Below, in pieces: positions 1 to 10,566 of a stretch of 64,000 nucleotides of DNA. The DNA lies in sequence record MW749001.1; one strand, 5' to 3'. Position 1 is the stretch's first letter; the number at the start of each line of letters is the position of its first letter. Source of the stretch: Escherichia phage vB_EcoM_Kelasse. The notes below the pieces were generated by a model. The model ran no database searches, was not told where the DNA came from, and saw nothing but the letters and a program-made list of their open reading frames with translations. Position numbers and translations under genes: made by a program.

Positions 1-1
1 G

Positions 2-159
<158 letters not shown>

Positions 160-160
<1 letters not shown>

Positions 161-414
161 TGGAAGGTTTAATTGAAGCTATTAAATCAAACGACCTCGT
201 AGCCGCTCGTAAATTATTTGCTGAAGCCATGGCTGCAAGAACGATTGATTTAATTAAAGAAGAAAAAATCGCTATCGCTCGTAATTTCTTAATCGAAGGT
301 GAAGAACCTGATGACGAGGATGATGACGAAGACGAAGACGAAGATAGTGATGATAAAGACGACAAAAAAGACAAAGACTCTGATGAAGATGACGAAGACG
401 AGGATGATGAATAA
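160..414 (+). CDS. 67: prohead core protein with acidic D/E-rich tail
   Basis: 84 aa, N-term [21 protein letters not shown]-terminal [17 protein letters not shown] tract; synteny. Confidence 0.85.
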
Positions 415-839
415 TGCTTCTGATCCCTGAAACTCATGAATTAGTTCTCGAGAATGTCGAAGCACTTATTCCTGAAGCACAGGGTCGCTTTGACGAATTG
501 TCTTCTGCTTTAAATAAAGACGATATAAATACAATTGTCGAGAATATGCTTGATGATGAAACTGATTTAGCGGTTGCATTAGCTTCTATTAATGAAAATA
601 TGCCGTTAAATGAATTTATCGTTAAACATGTTTCCGCCCGTGGTGAAATTACTCGCACTAAAGACCGCAAAACGCGTGAACGTAATGCATTTCAAACCAC
701 TGGGCTGTCTAAAGCAAAACGTAGACAAATTGCTCGTAAAGCTACCAAAACGAAGATTGCCAATCCAGCAGGTCAATCTCGTGCTCAGCGTAAGCGTAAA
801 AAAGCTCTTAAACGCCGTAAAGCATTAGGATTAAGCTAA
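414..839 (+). CDS. 68: prohead core protein
   Basis: 141 aa, basic C-terminus ([13 protein letters not shown]...); between 67 and 21. Confidence 0.8.
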
Positions 840-1492
840 TGAATGAACCCCAATTACTAATTGAAACTTGGGGTCAACCTGGCGAAATTATTGATGGCGT
901 GCCAATGCTTGAATCTCATGATGGAAAAGACTTAGGTTTAAAACCGGGTTTATACATCGAAGGAATATTCATGCAAGCGGAAGTCGTCAATAGAAATAAA
1001 CGTCTTTATCCAAAACGTATATTAGAAAAAGCGGTAAAAGACTATATTAATGAGCAAGTTTTAACTAAACAAGCTCTCGGAGAATTAAATCATCCTCCAC
1101 GCGCTAATGTTGACCCGATGCAAGCCGCTATCATTATAGAAGATATGTGGTGGAAAGGAAATGACGTATACGGACGAGCTCGTGTTATTGAAGGTGACCA
1201 TGGTCCTGGAGATAAATTAGCAGCTAATATTCGTGCCGGATGGATTCCAGGAGTTTCTTCTCGTGGATTAGGTTCATTGACTGACACAAATAAAGGTTAT
1301 CGTATCGTAAACGAAGGATTCAAATTAACTGTAGGTGTTGATGCAGTATGGGGTCCAAGTGCTCCAGATGCATGGGTAACTCCTAAGGAAATTACCGAAT
1401 CACAGACGGCGGAAGCCGATACAAGTGCCGATGACGCCTATATGGCTCTCGCAGAGGCCATGAAAAAAAGCGTTATAAATATTATTATCTAA
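839..1492 (+). CDS. 21: prohead core scaffold/protease
   Basis: 217 aa [32 protein letters not shown]; precedes 22 and 23. Confidence 0.9.
   Translation: MNEPQLLIETWGQPGEIIDGVPMLESHDGKDLGLKPGLYIEGIFMQAEVVNRNKRLYPKRILEKAVKDYINEQVLTKQALGELNHPPRANVDPMQAAIIIEDMWWKGNDVYGRARVIEGDHGPGDKLAANIRAGWIPGVSSRGLGSLTDTNKGYRIVNEGFKLTVGVDAVWGPSAPDAWVTPKEITESQTAEADTSADDAYMALAEAMKKSVINIII
1474..1481 (+). promoter_or_regulatory. late promoter TATAAATA (gene 22)
   Basis: Exact TATAAATA about 28 nt upstream of gene 22 ATG. Confidence 0.55.
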
Positions 1493-1508
1493 ACAACAGG
1501 ACTACAAA

Positions 1509-2318
1509 ATGCTTAAAGAACAACTGATTGCCGAAGCGCAGAAAATTGATGCTTCCGTTGCTCTTGATAGTATTTTCGAATCAGTTAATATTTCTCCGGA
1601 AGCAAAAGAAACTTTCGGCACTGTATTCGAAGCTACCGTCAAGCAGCACGCCGTTAAATTAGCTGAATCTCATATCGCTAAAATTGCTGAAAAAGCAGAA
1701 GAAGAAGTAGAAAAAAATAAAGAAGAAGCAGAAGAAAAAGCTGAGAAGAAAATCGCTGAGCAAGCTTCTAAATTCCTTGACCATCTTGCAAAAGAATGGC
1801 TCACTGAAAATAAATTAGCAGTAGATAAAGGCATTAAAGCCGAACTGTTTGAATCCATGCTTGGTGGATTGAAAGAGCTCTTCGTTGAACACAACGTTGT
1901 TGTTCCAGAAGAATCAGTTGATGTTGTAGCTGAAATGGAAGAAGAACTGCAAGAACATAAAGAAGAATCAGCTCGTCTGTTCGAAGAACTCAATAAGCGT
2001 GACGCATATATCAATTATGTGCAGCGTGAAGTGGCATTGAGCGAAAGTACTAAAGATCTGACTGAGTCTCAAAAAGAAAAAGTCTCTGCTCTGGTCGAAG
2101 GTATGGATTATTCAGATGCATTCTCAAGTAAATTGAGTGCAATCGTAGAAATGGTGAAGAAATCTAATAAAGATGAAAGCACTATTACTGAGAGTATAAA
2201 TACTCCTGATACTGAAGCAGCCGGACTGAATTTCGTCACTGAAGCTGTAGAAGATAAATCTGCACAAGGTGCAGAAGATATTGTAAGTGTATATGCGAAA
2301 GTCGCATCTCGTTTCTAA
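1509..2318 (+). CDS. 22: prohead core scaffolding protein
   Basis: 269 aa, E/K-rich coiled-coil-like, MLKEQLIAEAQKIDASVALDSIFE; late promoter upstream. Confidence 0.9.
   Translation: MLKEQLIAEAQKIDASVALDSIFESVNISPEAKETFGTVFEATVKQHAVKLAESHIAKIAEKAEEEVEKNKEEAEEKAEKKIAEQASKFLDHLAKEWLTENKLAVDKGIKAELFESMLGGLKELFVEHNVVVPEESVDVVAEMEEELQEHKEESARLFEELNKRDAYINYVQREVALSESTKDLTESQKEKVSALVEGMDYSDAFSSKLSAIVEMVKKSNKDESTITESINTPDTEAAGLNFVTEAVEDKSAQGAEDIVSVYAKVASRF
2195..2202 (+). promoter_or_regulatory. late promoter TATAAATA (gene 23), inside 3' end of gene 22
   Basis: Exact TATAAATA within gene 22 coding sequence upstream of gene 23. Confidence 0.55.
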
Positions 2319-2336
2319 TTTTAAAGGTTAACACAA

Positions 2337-3902
2337 ATGACTATCAAAACTAAAGCTGAACTTTTGAACAAATGGAAGCCATTACTGGAAGGTGAAGGTT
2401 TACCGGAAATTGCTAATAGCAAACAAGCGATTATCGCTAAAATCTTTGAAAACCAGGAAAAAGATTTCCAGACAGCTCCGGAATATAAAGACGAAAAAAT
2501 TGCTCAGGCATTCGGTTCTTTCTTAACAGAAGCTGAAATTGGTGGTGACCACGGTTACAATGCTACCAACATCGCTGCAGGTCAGACTTCTGGCGCAGTA
2601 ACCCAGATTGGCCCGGCTGTTATGGGTATGGTACGTCGTGCTATTCCTAACCTGATTGCTTTCGATATTTGCGGTGTTCAGCCGATGAACAGCCCGACTG
2701 GTCAGGTATTCGCACTGCGCGCAGTATATGGTAAAGACCCAATCGCTTCCGGCGCTAAAGAAGCATTCCACCCAATGTATGGTCCAGATGCAATGTTCTC
2801 TGGTCAGGGTGCTGCTAAGAAATTCGCTGCTTTGAAAGCAAGTGATACTCTTGAAGTCGGAACTATTTACACTCACTTCTTCCAGGAAACTGGTACAGTA
2901 TATCTGCAAGCTACAGAAGTTAAACAAATTGATTCAGGCGCATCTGACGCAGACAAATTAGATGCTGAAATTAAGAAACAAATGGAAGCAGGTGTACTGG
3001 TAGAAATCGCTGAAGGTATGGCTACTTCTATCGCTGAACTTCAGGAAGGTTTTAACGGTTCTACCGATAACCCATGGAATGAAATGGGCTTCCGTATCGA
3101 TAAGCAAGTTATCGAAGCTAAATCTCGTCAGCTGAAAGCTGCTTACTCTATTGAATTAGCACAAGACCTTCGCGCTGTTCATGGTATGGATGCTGATGCT
3201 GAACTGTCTGGTATTCTGGCTACCGAAATTATGCTGGAAATCAACCGTGAAGTTGTTGATTGGATTAACTACTCTGCTCAGGTTGGTAAATCTGGTATGA
3301 CCCTGACTCCGGGTTCTAAAGCTGGTGTATTTGACTTCCAGGACCCAATCGATATTCGTGGTGCTCGCTGGGCGGGTGAATCCTTTAAAGCTCTGTTGTT
3401 CCAGATTGACAAAGAAGCAGTTGAAATTGCTCGTCAGACCGGTCGTGGTGAAGGTAACTTCATTATCGCTTCCCGTAACGTAGTTAACGTTCTGGCTTCA
3501 GTTGATACCGGCATTTCTTATGCTGCACAAGGTCTGGCTACCGGCTTTAACACTGATACTACCAAGTCAGTATTTGCTGGTGTTCTGGGTGGTAAATACC
3601 GTGTATATATCGACCAGTATGCTAAACAGGATTATTTCACTGTAGGTTATAAAGGTCCGAACGAAATGGATGCTGGTATTTACTACGCTCCATATGTAGC
3701 TCTGACTCCACTGCGTGGTTCTGATCCGAAGAACTTCCAACCGGTAATGGGGTTCAAAACTCGTTACGGTATCGGTATCAACCCATTTGCAGAATCCGCT
3801 GCTCAGGCTCCGGCTTCTCGCATTCAGAGTGGTATGCCTTCTATCCTGAACAGCCTTGGTAAGAACGCTTACTTTAGACGTGTATATGTTAAAGGTATCT
3901 AA
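2337..3902 (+). CDS. 23: major capsid protein
   Basis: 521 aa, MTIKTKAELLNKWKPLLEGEGLPEIANSKQAIIAKIFENQ; strong codon usage; terminator downstream. Confidence 0.95.
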   Translation: MTIKTKAELLNKWKPLLEGEGLPEIANSKQAIIAKIFENQEKDFQTAPEYKDEKIAQAFGSFLTEAEIGGDHGYNATNIAAGQTSGAVTQIGPAVMGMVRRAIPNLIAFDICGVQPMNSPTGQVFALRAVYGKDPIASGAKEAFHPMYGPDAMFSGQGAAKKFAALKASDTLEVGTIYTHFFQETGTVYLQATEVKQIDSGASDADKLDAEIKKQMEAGVLVEIAEGMATSIAELQEGFNGSTDNPWNEMGFRIDKQVIEAKSRQLKAAYSIELAQDLRAVHGMDADAELSGILATEIMLEINREVVDWINYSAQVGKSGMTLTPGSKAGVFDFQDPIDIRGARWAGESFKALLFQIDKEAVEIARQTGRGEGNFIIASRNVVNVLASVDTGISYAAQGLATGFNTDTTKSVFAGVLGGKYRVYIDQYAKQDYFTVGYKGPNEMDAGIYYAPYVALTPLRGSDPKNFQPVMGFKTRYGIGINPFAESAAQAPASRIQSGMPSILNSLGKNAYFRRVYVKGI

Positions 3903-3916
3903 TCTTTGACGATTTA

Positions 3917-3934
3917 AGGGACCTTCGGGTCCCT
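3917..3934 (+). terminator. stem-loop terminator after gene 23
   Basis: GGGACC-TTCG-GGTCCC followed by T-rich run. Confidence 0.6.
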
Positions 3935-3950
3935 TTAGTTGTTTTTATGG

Positions 3951-3958
3951 TATAAATA
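3951..3958 (+). promoter_or_regulatory. late promoter TATAAATA (gene 24)
   Basis: Exact TATAAATA between gene 23 terminator and gene 24. Confidence 0.65.
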
Positions 3959-3985
3959 AATCATATAAACCAAAAGGAAAGCGCA

Positions 3986-5269
3986 ATGGCTAAAATCAAC
4001 GAACTTCTGCGCGAATCAACCACAACGAATAGCAACTCAATCGGTCGCCCAAATCTCGTTGCTTTGACTCGCGCTACCACTAAATTAATATATTCTGACA
4101 TTGTAGCAACGCAAAGAACTAATCAACCTGTTGCTGCTTTTTATGGTATCAAATACCTTAACCCAGACAATGAATTTACATTTAAAACTGGTGCTACTTA
4201 TGCTGGCGAAGCTGGATATGTAGACCGAGAACAAATCACAGAATTAACAGAAGAGTCTAAATTAACTCTCAATAAAGGCGATTTATTCAAATATAATAAT
4301 ATCGTTTATAAAGTATTAGAAGATACACCATTTGCTGATATTGAAGAAAGCGATTTAGAATTGGCTCTTCAGATTGCAATTGTTCTTTTAAAGGTTCGTC
4401 TATTTTCTGACGCAGCGTCAACAAGCAAATTTGAAAGCTCTGATAGTGAAATTGCGGATGCTAGATTCCAGATTAATAAATGGCAAACCGCAGTTAAATC
4501 TCGCAAACTTAAAACTGGTATCACAGTTGAATTAGCACAAGATTTAGAAGCAAATGGATTCGATGCTCCTAATTTCTTGGAAGATTTGCTTGCAACTGAA
4601 ATGGCAGATGAAATCAATAAAGATATTCTGCAGTCTTTGATTACAGTATCAAAACGTTATAAAGTTACAGGAATTACTGATACTGGATTCATTGATTTGA
4701 GTTATGCATCTGCACCTGAAGCTGGTCGTTCATTATATCGAATGGTATGTGAAATGGTTTCACATATCCAAAAAGAATCAACTTATACAGCAACGTTCTG
4801 TGTTGCTTCAGCTCGTGCTGCTGCGATTCTTGCTGCATCAGGTTGGTTAAAACATAAACCAGAAGATGATAAATATCTTTCACAAAATGCCTATGGGTTT
4901 TTAGCTAATGGTTTACCACTTTATTGCGATACTAACAGCCCATTAGATTATGTAATCGTTGGCGTAGTAGAAAATATCGGTGAAAAAGAAATTGTTGGAT
5001 CAATTTTCTATGCTCCGTATACAGAAGGTCTCGACTTAGATGACCCTGAACATGTAGGTGCATTTAAAGTTGTTGTTGATCCAGAAAGCTTACAGCCGTC
5101 TATCGGTTTATTAGTTAGATATGCTTTATCAGCAAATCCTTATACCGTAGCAAAAGATGAAAAAGAAGCAAGAATAATTGATGGTGGAGACATGGATAAA
5201 ATGGCGGGTCGTTCAGATTTGTCTGTTTTATTAGGTGTTAAATTACCAAAAATTATCATTGATGAATAA
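3986..5269 (+). CDS. 24: capsid vertex protein (gp23 paralog)
   Basis: 427 aa, MAKINELLRESTTTNSNSIGRPNLVALTRATTKLIYSDIVATQRTNQP; TATAAATA promoter upstream. Confidence 0.9.
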   Translation: MAKINELLRESTTTNSNSIGRPNLVALTRATTKLIYSDIVATQRTNQPVAAFYGIKYLNPDNEFTFKTGATYAGEAGYVDREQITELTEESKLTLNKGDLFKYNNIVYKVLEDTPFADIEESDLELALQIAIVLLKVRLFSDAASTSKFESSDSEIADARFQINKWQTAVKSRKLKTGITVELAQDLEANGFDAPNFLEDLLATEMADEINKDILQSLITVSKRYKVTGITDTGFIDLSYASAPEAGRSLYRMVCEMVSHIQKESTYTATFCVASARAAAILAASGWLKHKPEDDKYLSQNAYGFLANGLPLYCDTNSPLDYVIVGVVENIGEKEIVGSIFYAPYTEGLDLDDPEHVGAFKVVVDPESLQPSIGLLVRYALSANPYTVAKDEKEARIIDGGDMDKMAGRSDLSVLLGVKLPKIIIDE

Positions 5270-5273
5270 AACA

Positions 5274-5293
5274 AAGGGACCTTTCGGTCCCTT
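5274..5293. terminator. bidirectional stem-loop between convergent gene 24 and rnlB
   Basis: GGGACC-TTTC-GGTCCC flanked by A and T runs. Confidence 0.6.
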
Positions 5294-5298
5294 TTTAT

Positions 5299-6303
5299 TT
5301 AACTTACCAATTCAATCCAAGCCGGACGAAGTACATCTTGTACCATTTTAACTAATTCCTTTTTAATCAAAGAAGGATTATCCGCTTGAGTTAGAGTAAT
5401 ACCTTCACGAGAAGTTTCTTCCAAAATATCTTGAACAGTTAGCCCCATCACCTTTCCAAAATCCTTTGGACCAATTTCGCCAATTTTAGAAATAACGTTA
5501 TTTACTCGGTTTAGTGTAACGTAACAAGCTAAAATCCCCACCAATTTGTTATCAGCTTCTGACAGTTCAACTTTAGCTTTAATAGGCTTATCAGACTTTT
5601 TCTTTTCACTAAATTTAGAATTCTTGCATTTGATGGCTACACGATTGCGATTAGGCAGCCAAGAAGGATAACAAGGTTTCAATACATATCCTTCAGCGGT
5701 AAATACTTCGCCTTTGGCTTCAGCTTTCCAAACACATTTGTTAGCGTCAATTAAACCTGCATTATCTACGGTAAAATTATAAGACGGAACAACAGAATCC
5801 AAATCATTTGGAAGTTTAATAAGATCTTCAAATTTACCACGACCCAAAAGTGGAGCGATTTTAAACCCAAATGAATTACAAAACGATTCCATCATGTAAT
5901 CATCAACATAAGTTACATCACCACTTTCGGTAGTGACAATAATGTCAAATACATAAAAATCTTTATCGCCATAATCAACATTCTTCTGAATGCCAGGTCC
6001 AGCGAATTCGCCAAAAACTTGATAAGTCACAACAGCTGAAGTTTCCATAATATCTTGTACTGCTTTAATGGAATCTTCGTAATTCTTTAAAATAATTTCA
6101 TAACCGAAGAAATCTTCAGCAGGAAGAATCGGTCCAGTACGTTTAGCGCAAGTTACTTTATCACGCTCAATAATCAATGAGAAATTTGTGCCGTGAATCT
6201 TTTCACGAGCTACCCATTCGCCGCCAGTCAATCCTAAGCTATAAAGTTTTTCAATAAATTTAGAGTTGTAATGATTTTCAAGACTGCTATACTTTTTAAA
6301 CAT
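5299..6303 (-). CDS. rnlB: RNA ligase 2
   Basis: 334 aa; nucleotidyltransferase motif I KIHGTN; position after gene 24. Confidence 0.85.
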   Translation of the reverse strand: MFKKYSSLENHYNSKFIEKLYSLGLTGGEWVAREKIHGTNFSLIIERDKVTCAKRTGPILPAEDFFGYEIILKNYEDSIKAVQDIMETSAVVTYQVFGEFAGPGIQKNVDYGDKDFYVFDIIVTTESGDVTYVDDYMMESFCNSFGFKIAPLLGRGKFEDLIKLPNDLDSVVPSYNFTVDNAGLIDANKCVWKAEAKGEVFTAEGYVLKPCYPSWLPNRNRVAIKCKNSKFSEKKKSDKPIKAKVELSEADNKLVGILACYVTLNRVNNVISKIGEIGPKDFGKVMGLTVQDILEETSREGITLTQADNPSLIKKELVKMVQDVLRPAWIELVS

Positions 6304-6312
6304 AATTAATCC

Positions 6313-6591
6313 TCAAAATGTAATTTCTAACCAATCACCATCACGCTGATCACTATTAACTTTAAAGATGAATCCTTCTTTTCTCAGCCAATCACCAATT
6401 TCTTCAGTAATCAATTTATCACGAGCAGTACAATAATAACTAAAATATGTTTTACCTTGTTCAGCTGCTTTATTAGCAAGTTCCGAAAAATCTTTAATAA
6501 AACACTCTAGTTTAAACTGTTTGCTTTTAAGTGCTTTTTCGCGTAATCGATTAGCAAAAGATTCATTTTCATAAAGATCATACTGTTCCAT
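6313..6591 (-). CDS. hypothetical protein
   Basis: 92 aa ORF tightly packed downstream of rnlB region. Confidence 0.5.
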   Translation of the reverse strand: MEQYDLYENESFANRLREKALKSKQFKLECFIKDFSELANKAAEQGKTYFSYYCTARDKLITEEIGDWLRKEGFIFKVNSDQRDGDWLEITF

Positions 6592-6793
6592 TTTTCACCT
6601 TTTTATTGATATGTCTTTTTCTATAGACAACTTTTTCTCGAGTTTCAAATTTATTCTTAGCAGTCATAGCTCGAGCCCATAATACAGCCACTTCTTTTGC
6701 CTGTAAGTTTAATTCACGAGCAATTTCAATGAATGACTTTCCAGACTCATGAAGAGTAAACACCACAACCTCAGTTCTCATAATCAATCTCAT
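6578..6793 (-). CDS. hypothetical small protein, possible HTH
   Basis: 71 aa; segment SGKSFIEIARELNLQAKEV resembles helix-turn-helix. Confidence 0.45.
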   Translation of the reverse strand: MRLIMRTEVVVFTLHESGKSFIEIARELNLQAKEVAVLWARAMTAKNKFETREKVVYRKRHINKKVKNGTV

Positions 6794-6862
6794 GTTATCG
6801 AGTTGGTGCCATTATATACATCATTTTCTGATTGTGTTTTGTGTGCTTTCAAAATGAAGAAA

Positions 6863-6876
6863 GGGGCCGAAGCCCC
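6863..6876 (-). terminator. stem-loop after hoc
   Basis: GGGGC-CGAA-GCCCC; minus strand followed by TTTCTTCATTTT. Confidence 0.5.
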
Positions 6877-6882
6877 TTATGA

Positions 6883-8301
6883 TTATGGATAGGTATAGAT
6901 GATACCAGTTTCTAAAGCAGTTTTATGAATGATGTATCCATTACGCGATTCTTGGACATCAACTTCTGGATAGTCTTTCATCATCTTCTGAAGAGTGTAA
7001 CGATGCAGGTAGTATTTACTATCTGGATCGTCAGTTTTCCAATCTTTACCTTCTTCGGTCATTTTTTGGATTTCATCCATAACCCACCAACCGCACCAGA
7101 TGTAAGCTGAAGTGCGATGTGGAAGAGGATGAACATAAGGCAATTCACCTTCTGGTTCTGGAGCAACTTTATCAGTTACCTGAACTTGACCTTCTGCTGT
7201 GATAGTTTTGCTATCATAATCAGTAGCAGTAACAGTTGCAGTAACTTCAATAGTTTGACTTCCAATAGATGATGTATCAACAGTGTATACATTAGTTGAC
7301 CCTTCTACTGGAGAAGAATCTTTCTTCCATGAATATTCGATTTGTGCTTCTTCTGGAGCATCCGTAACATTAGCAGTAAATGTAGCCGAAGCATCTTGCT
7401 GAACGTTAATAGAAGGAGGAGTCAATGTAACCCGTGGATTCATTGTTTTCTTATTAACAGTCAATGATACTTCATTAGAAGTAACTTCCTTTTCATTGTA
7501 ATTTTCAGCAGTTACTTGGGCTACGCATTTAATTCTTTTAACCCCACTTGTAGTTGGAGTGTAATTGAACGTAGCATTAGTTTCTCCACCAACTTGTGAA
7601 TCATCTACATACCACTGATACGTAGCAGATGCTCCTAGCGGCTGCGAAGCTAAGGCAGCAGTAAATTGAACTGGGGTTCCAATTACTCCTGCTGGAGGAC
7701 TATCAGGAGTTACTGCCAAAGTAGTCGTCTGCGTCTTTTTATTAACAGTCAGTGATACTTCATTAGAAGTAACGCTTAGTGTATCATAATCTGCCGCAGT
7801 TACTTGAGCTACACACTTGATTTTTTTAACTCCGCTTGTGTCAGGAGTGTAATTGAATGTAGCGTCAGTTGCTTCGTCTACAGGAGAACCGTCAACGTGC
7901 CATTGATACGTAGCGTTTGCACCTGATGGCTGTGAAGCTAAGGCAGCGGTAAATTCAATTGGAGTTCCAATCACTCCAGCATCAGGGCTACCAGGAGTTA
8001 CAGCTAAAGTAGTTGTTTGTGTCTTATTTTGAACTGTGATAGTTGTACTAATTTCAGCTGTTTCAGGTTCAGATTCTGCAACTTGATTGGTTGCAACTAC
8101 TTTAATAGTCTTTTGACCGGCAGGTCCTTTTAGTACATAACTAAAAGTTGCTGACGTTTCTTCCTGTGGAGCGTCGTCTACAGTCCAAGCATATGTAATA
8201 GGTCCATCTCCAGTTTGACCACTGGGTGTAGCAGTAAACTGCTGAGTCTGATCTATAACTCCAGTAGGTGTTTTAGGAGTTATATCAACTGTAAAAGTCA
8301 T
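6883..8301 (-). CDS. hoc: highly immunogenic outer capsid protein with four Ig-like domains
   Basis: 472 aa, MTFTVDITPKTPTGVIDQTQQF...; conserved C-terminal capsid-binding region ...YIWCGWWVMDEIQK; internal 96-aa tandem repeat. Confidence 0.85.
   Translation of the reverse strand: MTFTVDITPKTPTGVIDQTQQFTATPSGQTGDGPITYAWTVDDAPQEETSATFSYVLKGPAGQKTIKVVATNQVAESEPETAEISTTITVQNKTQTTTLAVTPGSPDAGVIGTPIEFTAALASQPSGANATYQWHVDGSPVDEATDATFNYTPDTSGVKKIKCVAQVTAADYDTLSVTSNEVSLTVNKKTQTTTLAVTPDSPPAGVIGTPVQFTAALASQPLGASATYQWYVDDSQVGGETNATFNYTPTTSGVKRIKCVAQVTAENYNEKEVTSNEVSLTVNKKTMNPRVTLTPPSINVQQDASATFTANVTDAPEEAQIEYSWKKDSSPVEGSTNVYTVDTSSIGSQTIEVTATVTATDYDSKTITAEGQVQVTDKVAPEPEGELPYVHPLPHRTSAYIWCGWWVMDEIQKMTEEGKDWKTDDPDSKYYLHRYTLQKMMKDYPEVDVQESRNGYIIHKTALETGIIYTYP
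7450..8025 (-). repeat. intragenic tandem duplication in hoc (two 288-bp units)
   Basis: Protein residues 93-188 and 189-284 are near-identical (KTQTTTLAVTP...SNEVSLTVNK); DNA repeat visible. Confidence 0.8.
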
Positions 8302-8310
8302 AAGTTATCC

Positions 8311-8991
8311 TTATTTTAATGTTACGAAAGAAGAATTGCGTGTTTCACGAATTAAAACTGATCCGTCACGGTTAATGTAATAAATTAAGCTAAATAAAGT
8401 TTGGTGTGCTGACGCATGCTCAAAACTAGTTGGGTGAGATTTCCAATCCGGAGTTTCAGCAATCCACTGGTAAATCCACCAAGGAACGGTGCAGAATCCT
8501 GGATTTTTTCCAATCAGCTGAAGATTCGGACTAAAGTTTTCCGGAAGAGTAAATACAGACAGCTTTTCAGATTCAATAATCTCAGCTACAGCCTGCTCGA
8601 ATTTTTCTTCAACAAAAGGAGTATCTTCAATCAAAACATCGGTATTTTCAGGAATTTTATCCGTTTCTACTACTTCAATTTTAATGTCAGATTTAACCGG
8701 AGAATCAATCAGAAGTGCTGCCTCTGGATTGACTTCTTCATCGTCATATTTTAACCCCTCTGCAGCATCAGCAGCATCAATTAAGTCTTTAATAGATAAC
8801 CCATCAGTCTCTGGCATAGGTTCACTAGCGAGCTTCTGGAGGGCTTCTTCAATATCAACAACGATATTATCAAAAGATTTATTCTTTTTGACCTTTATAC
8901 CAAACTGCTCAGCATATTCAGCTAATTTAGCTTTAGCTTCTTTGTTATCATCAAGAGCCTTCAGCTCTGCAATATAATCTTTATCTATCAT
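8311..8991 (-). CDS. inh: inhibitor of prohead protease
   Basis: 226 aa acidic protein between hoc and uvsW. Confidence 0.65.
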   Translation of the reverse strand: MIDKDYIAELKALDDNKEAKAKLAEYAEQFGIKVKKNKSFDNIVVDIEEALQKLASEPMPETDGLSIKDLIDAADAAEGLKYDDEEVNPEAALLIDSPVKSDIKIEVVETDKIPENTDVLIEDTPFVEEKFEQAVAEIIESEKLSVFTLPENFSPNLQLIGKNPGFCTVPWWIYQWIAETPDWKSHPTSFEHASAHQTLFSLIYYINRDGSVLIRETRNSSFVTLK

Positions 8992-9004
8992 AATATTTCC
9001 TCAG

Positions 9005-9012
9005 TATAAATA
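9005..9012 (+). promoter_or_regulatory. late promoter TATAAATA (uvsW)
   Basis: Exact TATAAATA about 30 nt upstream of uvsW ATG. Confidence 0.55.
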
Positions 9013-9041
9013 TAGATATATTTATTACATGGTATTTAGAC

Positions 9042-10553
9042 ATGACTGACATTAAAGTACATTTTTATGATTTTAGTCACGTGAGAATTGATTGTGAAGA
9101 AAGTACATTTCATGAACTCCGTGATTTCTTTAGCTTTGAAGCTGATGGGTATCGTTTTAATCCGAAGTACAGATATGGCCACTGGGATGGACGAATCCGT
9201 CTTTTAGATTATAATCGCCTTCTTCCATTCGGCTTGGTCGGGCAAATTAAAAAGTTCTGTGATAACTTTGGCTATAAAGCCTGGATTGACCCGCAAATTA
9301 ACGAAAAAGAAGAATTATCAAGAAAAGATTTTGATGAATGGCTTTCTAAATTAGAAATCTATTCAGGAAATAAAAGAATTGAACCGCACTGGTATCAAAA
9401 AGATGCAGTGTTCGAAGGATTAGTTAATCGTCGTAGAATTCTTAATCTTCCAACATCTGCAGGTAAATCGTTAATTCAAGCTCTGCTTGCTCGGTATTAT
9501 TTGGAAAATTATGAAGGTAAAATTCTTATCATTGTTCCAACAACTGCTCTGACAACTCAGATGGCTGATGACTTCGTTGACTATCGTTTATTCAGTCATG
9601 CAATGATAAAGAAAATCGGCGGTGGAGCATCAAAAGATGATAAATATAAAAATGATGCACCAGTCGTTGTTGGTACATGGCAAACTGTAGTAAAACAACC
9701 GAAAGAATGGTTCTCACAGTTTGGAATGATGATGAATGATGAATGCCATCTTGCTACAGGAAAAAGTATTTCATCTATCATATCAGGTTTAAATAACTGC
9801 ATGTTTAAATTTGGTCTATCAGGTTCATTACGTGACGGCAAAGCCAATATCATGCAGTATGTTGGAATGTTTGGTGAAATATTTAAGCCAGTAACGACCT
9901 CTAAATTAATGGAAGATGGACAAGTAACTGAGTTAAAAATTAATAGTATTTTTCTTCGCTATCCCGATGAGTTCACTACTAAATTAAAGGGAAAAACTTA
10001 CCAAGAAGAAATAAAAATTATTACTGGGCTCAGTAAAAGAAATAAATGGATCGCTAAATTAGCTATTAAGCTTGCACAAAAAGATGAAAACGCTTTTGTC
10101 ATGTTTAAACACGTATCGCACGGTAAAGCTATTTTCGATTTAATTAAAAATGAATACGATAAAGTTTATTACGTATCAGGGGAAGTTGATACCGAAACCC
10201 GCAATATAATGAAAACCTTAGCTGAAAATGGTAAAGGAATAATTATAGTAGCGAGTTATGGTGTATTTTCTACTGGTATTTCAGTTAAAAATCTGCATCA
10301 TGTTGTTTTAGCGCACGGCGTTAAATCAAAAATCATTGTATTACAAACAATCGGTCGTGTATTACGTAAGCATGGTTCTAAGACAATAGCAACAGTCTGG
10401 GACCTCATCGATGATTGTGGTGTTAAGCCAAAATCTGCTAATACGAAAAAGAAATACGTTCATTTGAACTATCTTTTAAAACACGGCATTGATCGTATTC
10501 AGCGCTACGCAGATGAAAAATTTAATTACGTAATGAAAACAGTTAATTTATAA
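9042..10553 (+). CDS. uvsW: DNA/RNA helicase UvsW
   Basis: 503 aa, MTDIKVHFYDFSHVRIDCEE; Walker A PTSAGKS; DECH box; late promoter upstream. Confidence 0.9.
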   Translation: MTDIKVHFYDFSHVRIDCEESTFHELRDFFSFEADGYRFNPKYRYGHWDGRIRLLDYNRLLPFGLVGQIKKFCDNFGYKAWIDPQINEKEELSRKDFDEWLSKLEIYSGNKRIEPHWYQKDAVFEGLVNRRRILNLPTSAGKSLIQALLARYYLENYEGKILIIVPTTALTTQMADDFVDYRLFSHAMIKKIGGGASKDDKYKNDAPVVVGTWQTVVKQPKEWFSQFGMMMNDECHLATGKSISSIISGLNNCMFKFGLSGSLRDGKANIMQYVGMFGEIFKPVTTSKLMEDGQVTELKINSIFLRYPDEFTTKLKGKTYQEEIKIITGLSKRNKWIAKLAIKLAQKDENAFVMFKHVSHGKAIFDLIKNEYDKVYYVSGEVDTETRNIMKTLAENGKGIIIVASYGVFSTGISVKNLHHVVLAHGVKSKIIVLQTIGRVLRKHGSKTIATVWDLIDDCGVKPKSANTKKKYVHLNYLLKHGIDRIQRYADEKFNYVMKTVNL

Positions 10554-10566
10554 GGGCTTCGGCCCT

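Noticed and set aside
1670-4883. Antisense ORFs inside capsid genes 22, 23 and 24 (1670..2014, 2523..2927, 4369..4617, 4689..4883)
   Set aside because: Embedded opposite strongly supported structural genes; no promoters or SD; typical shadow ORFs.
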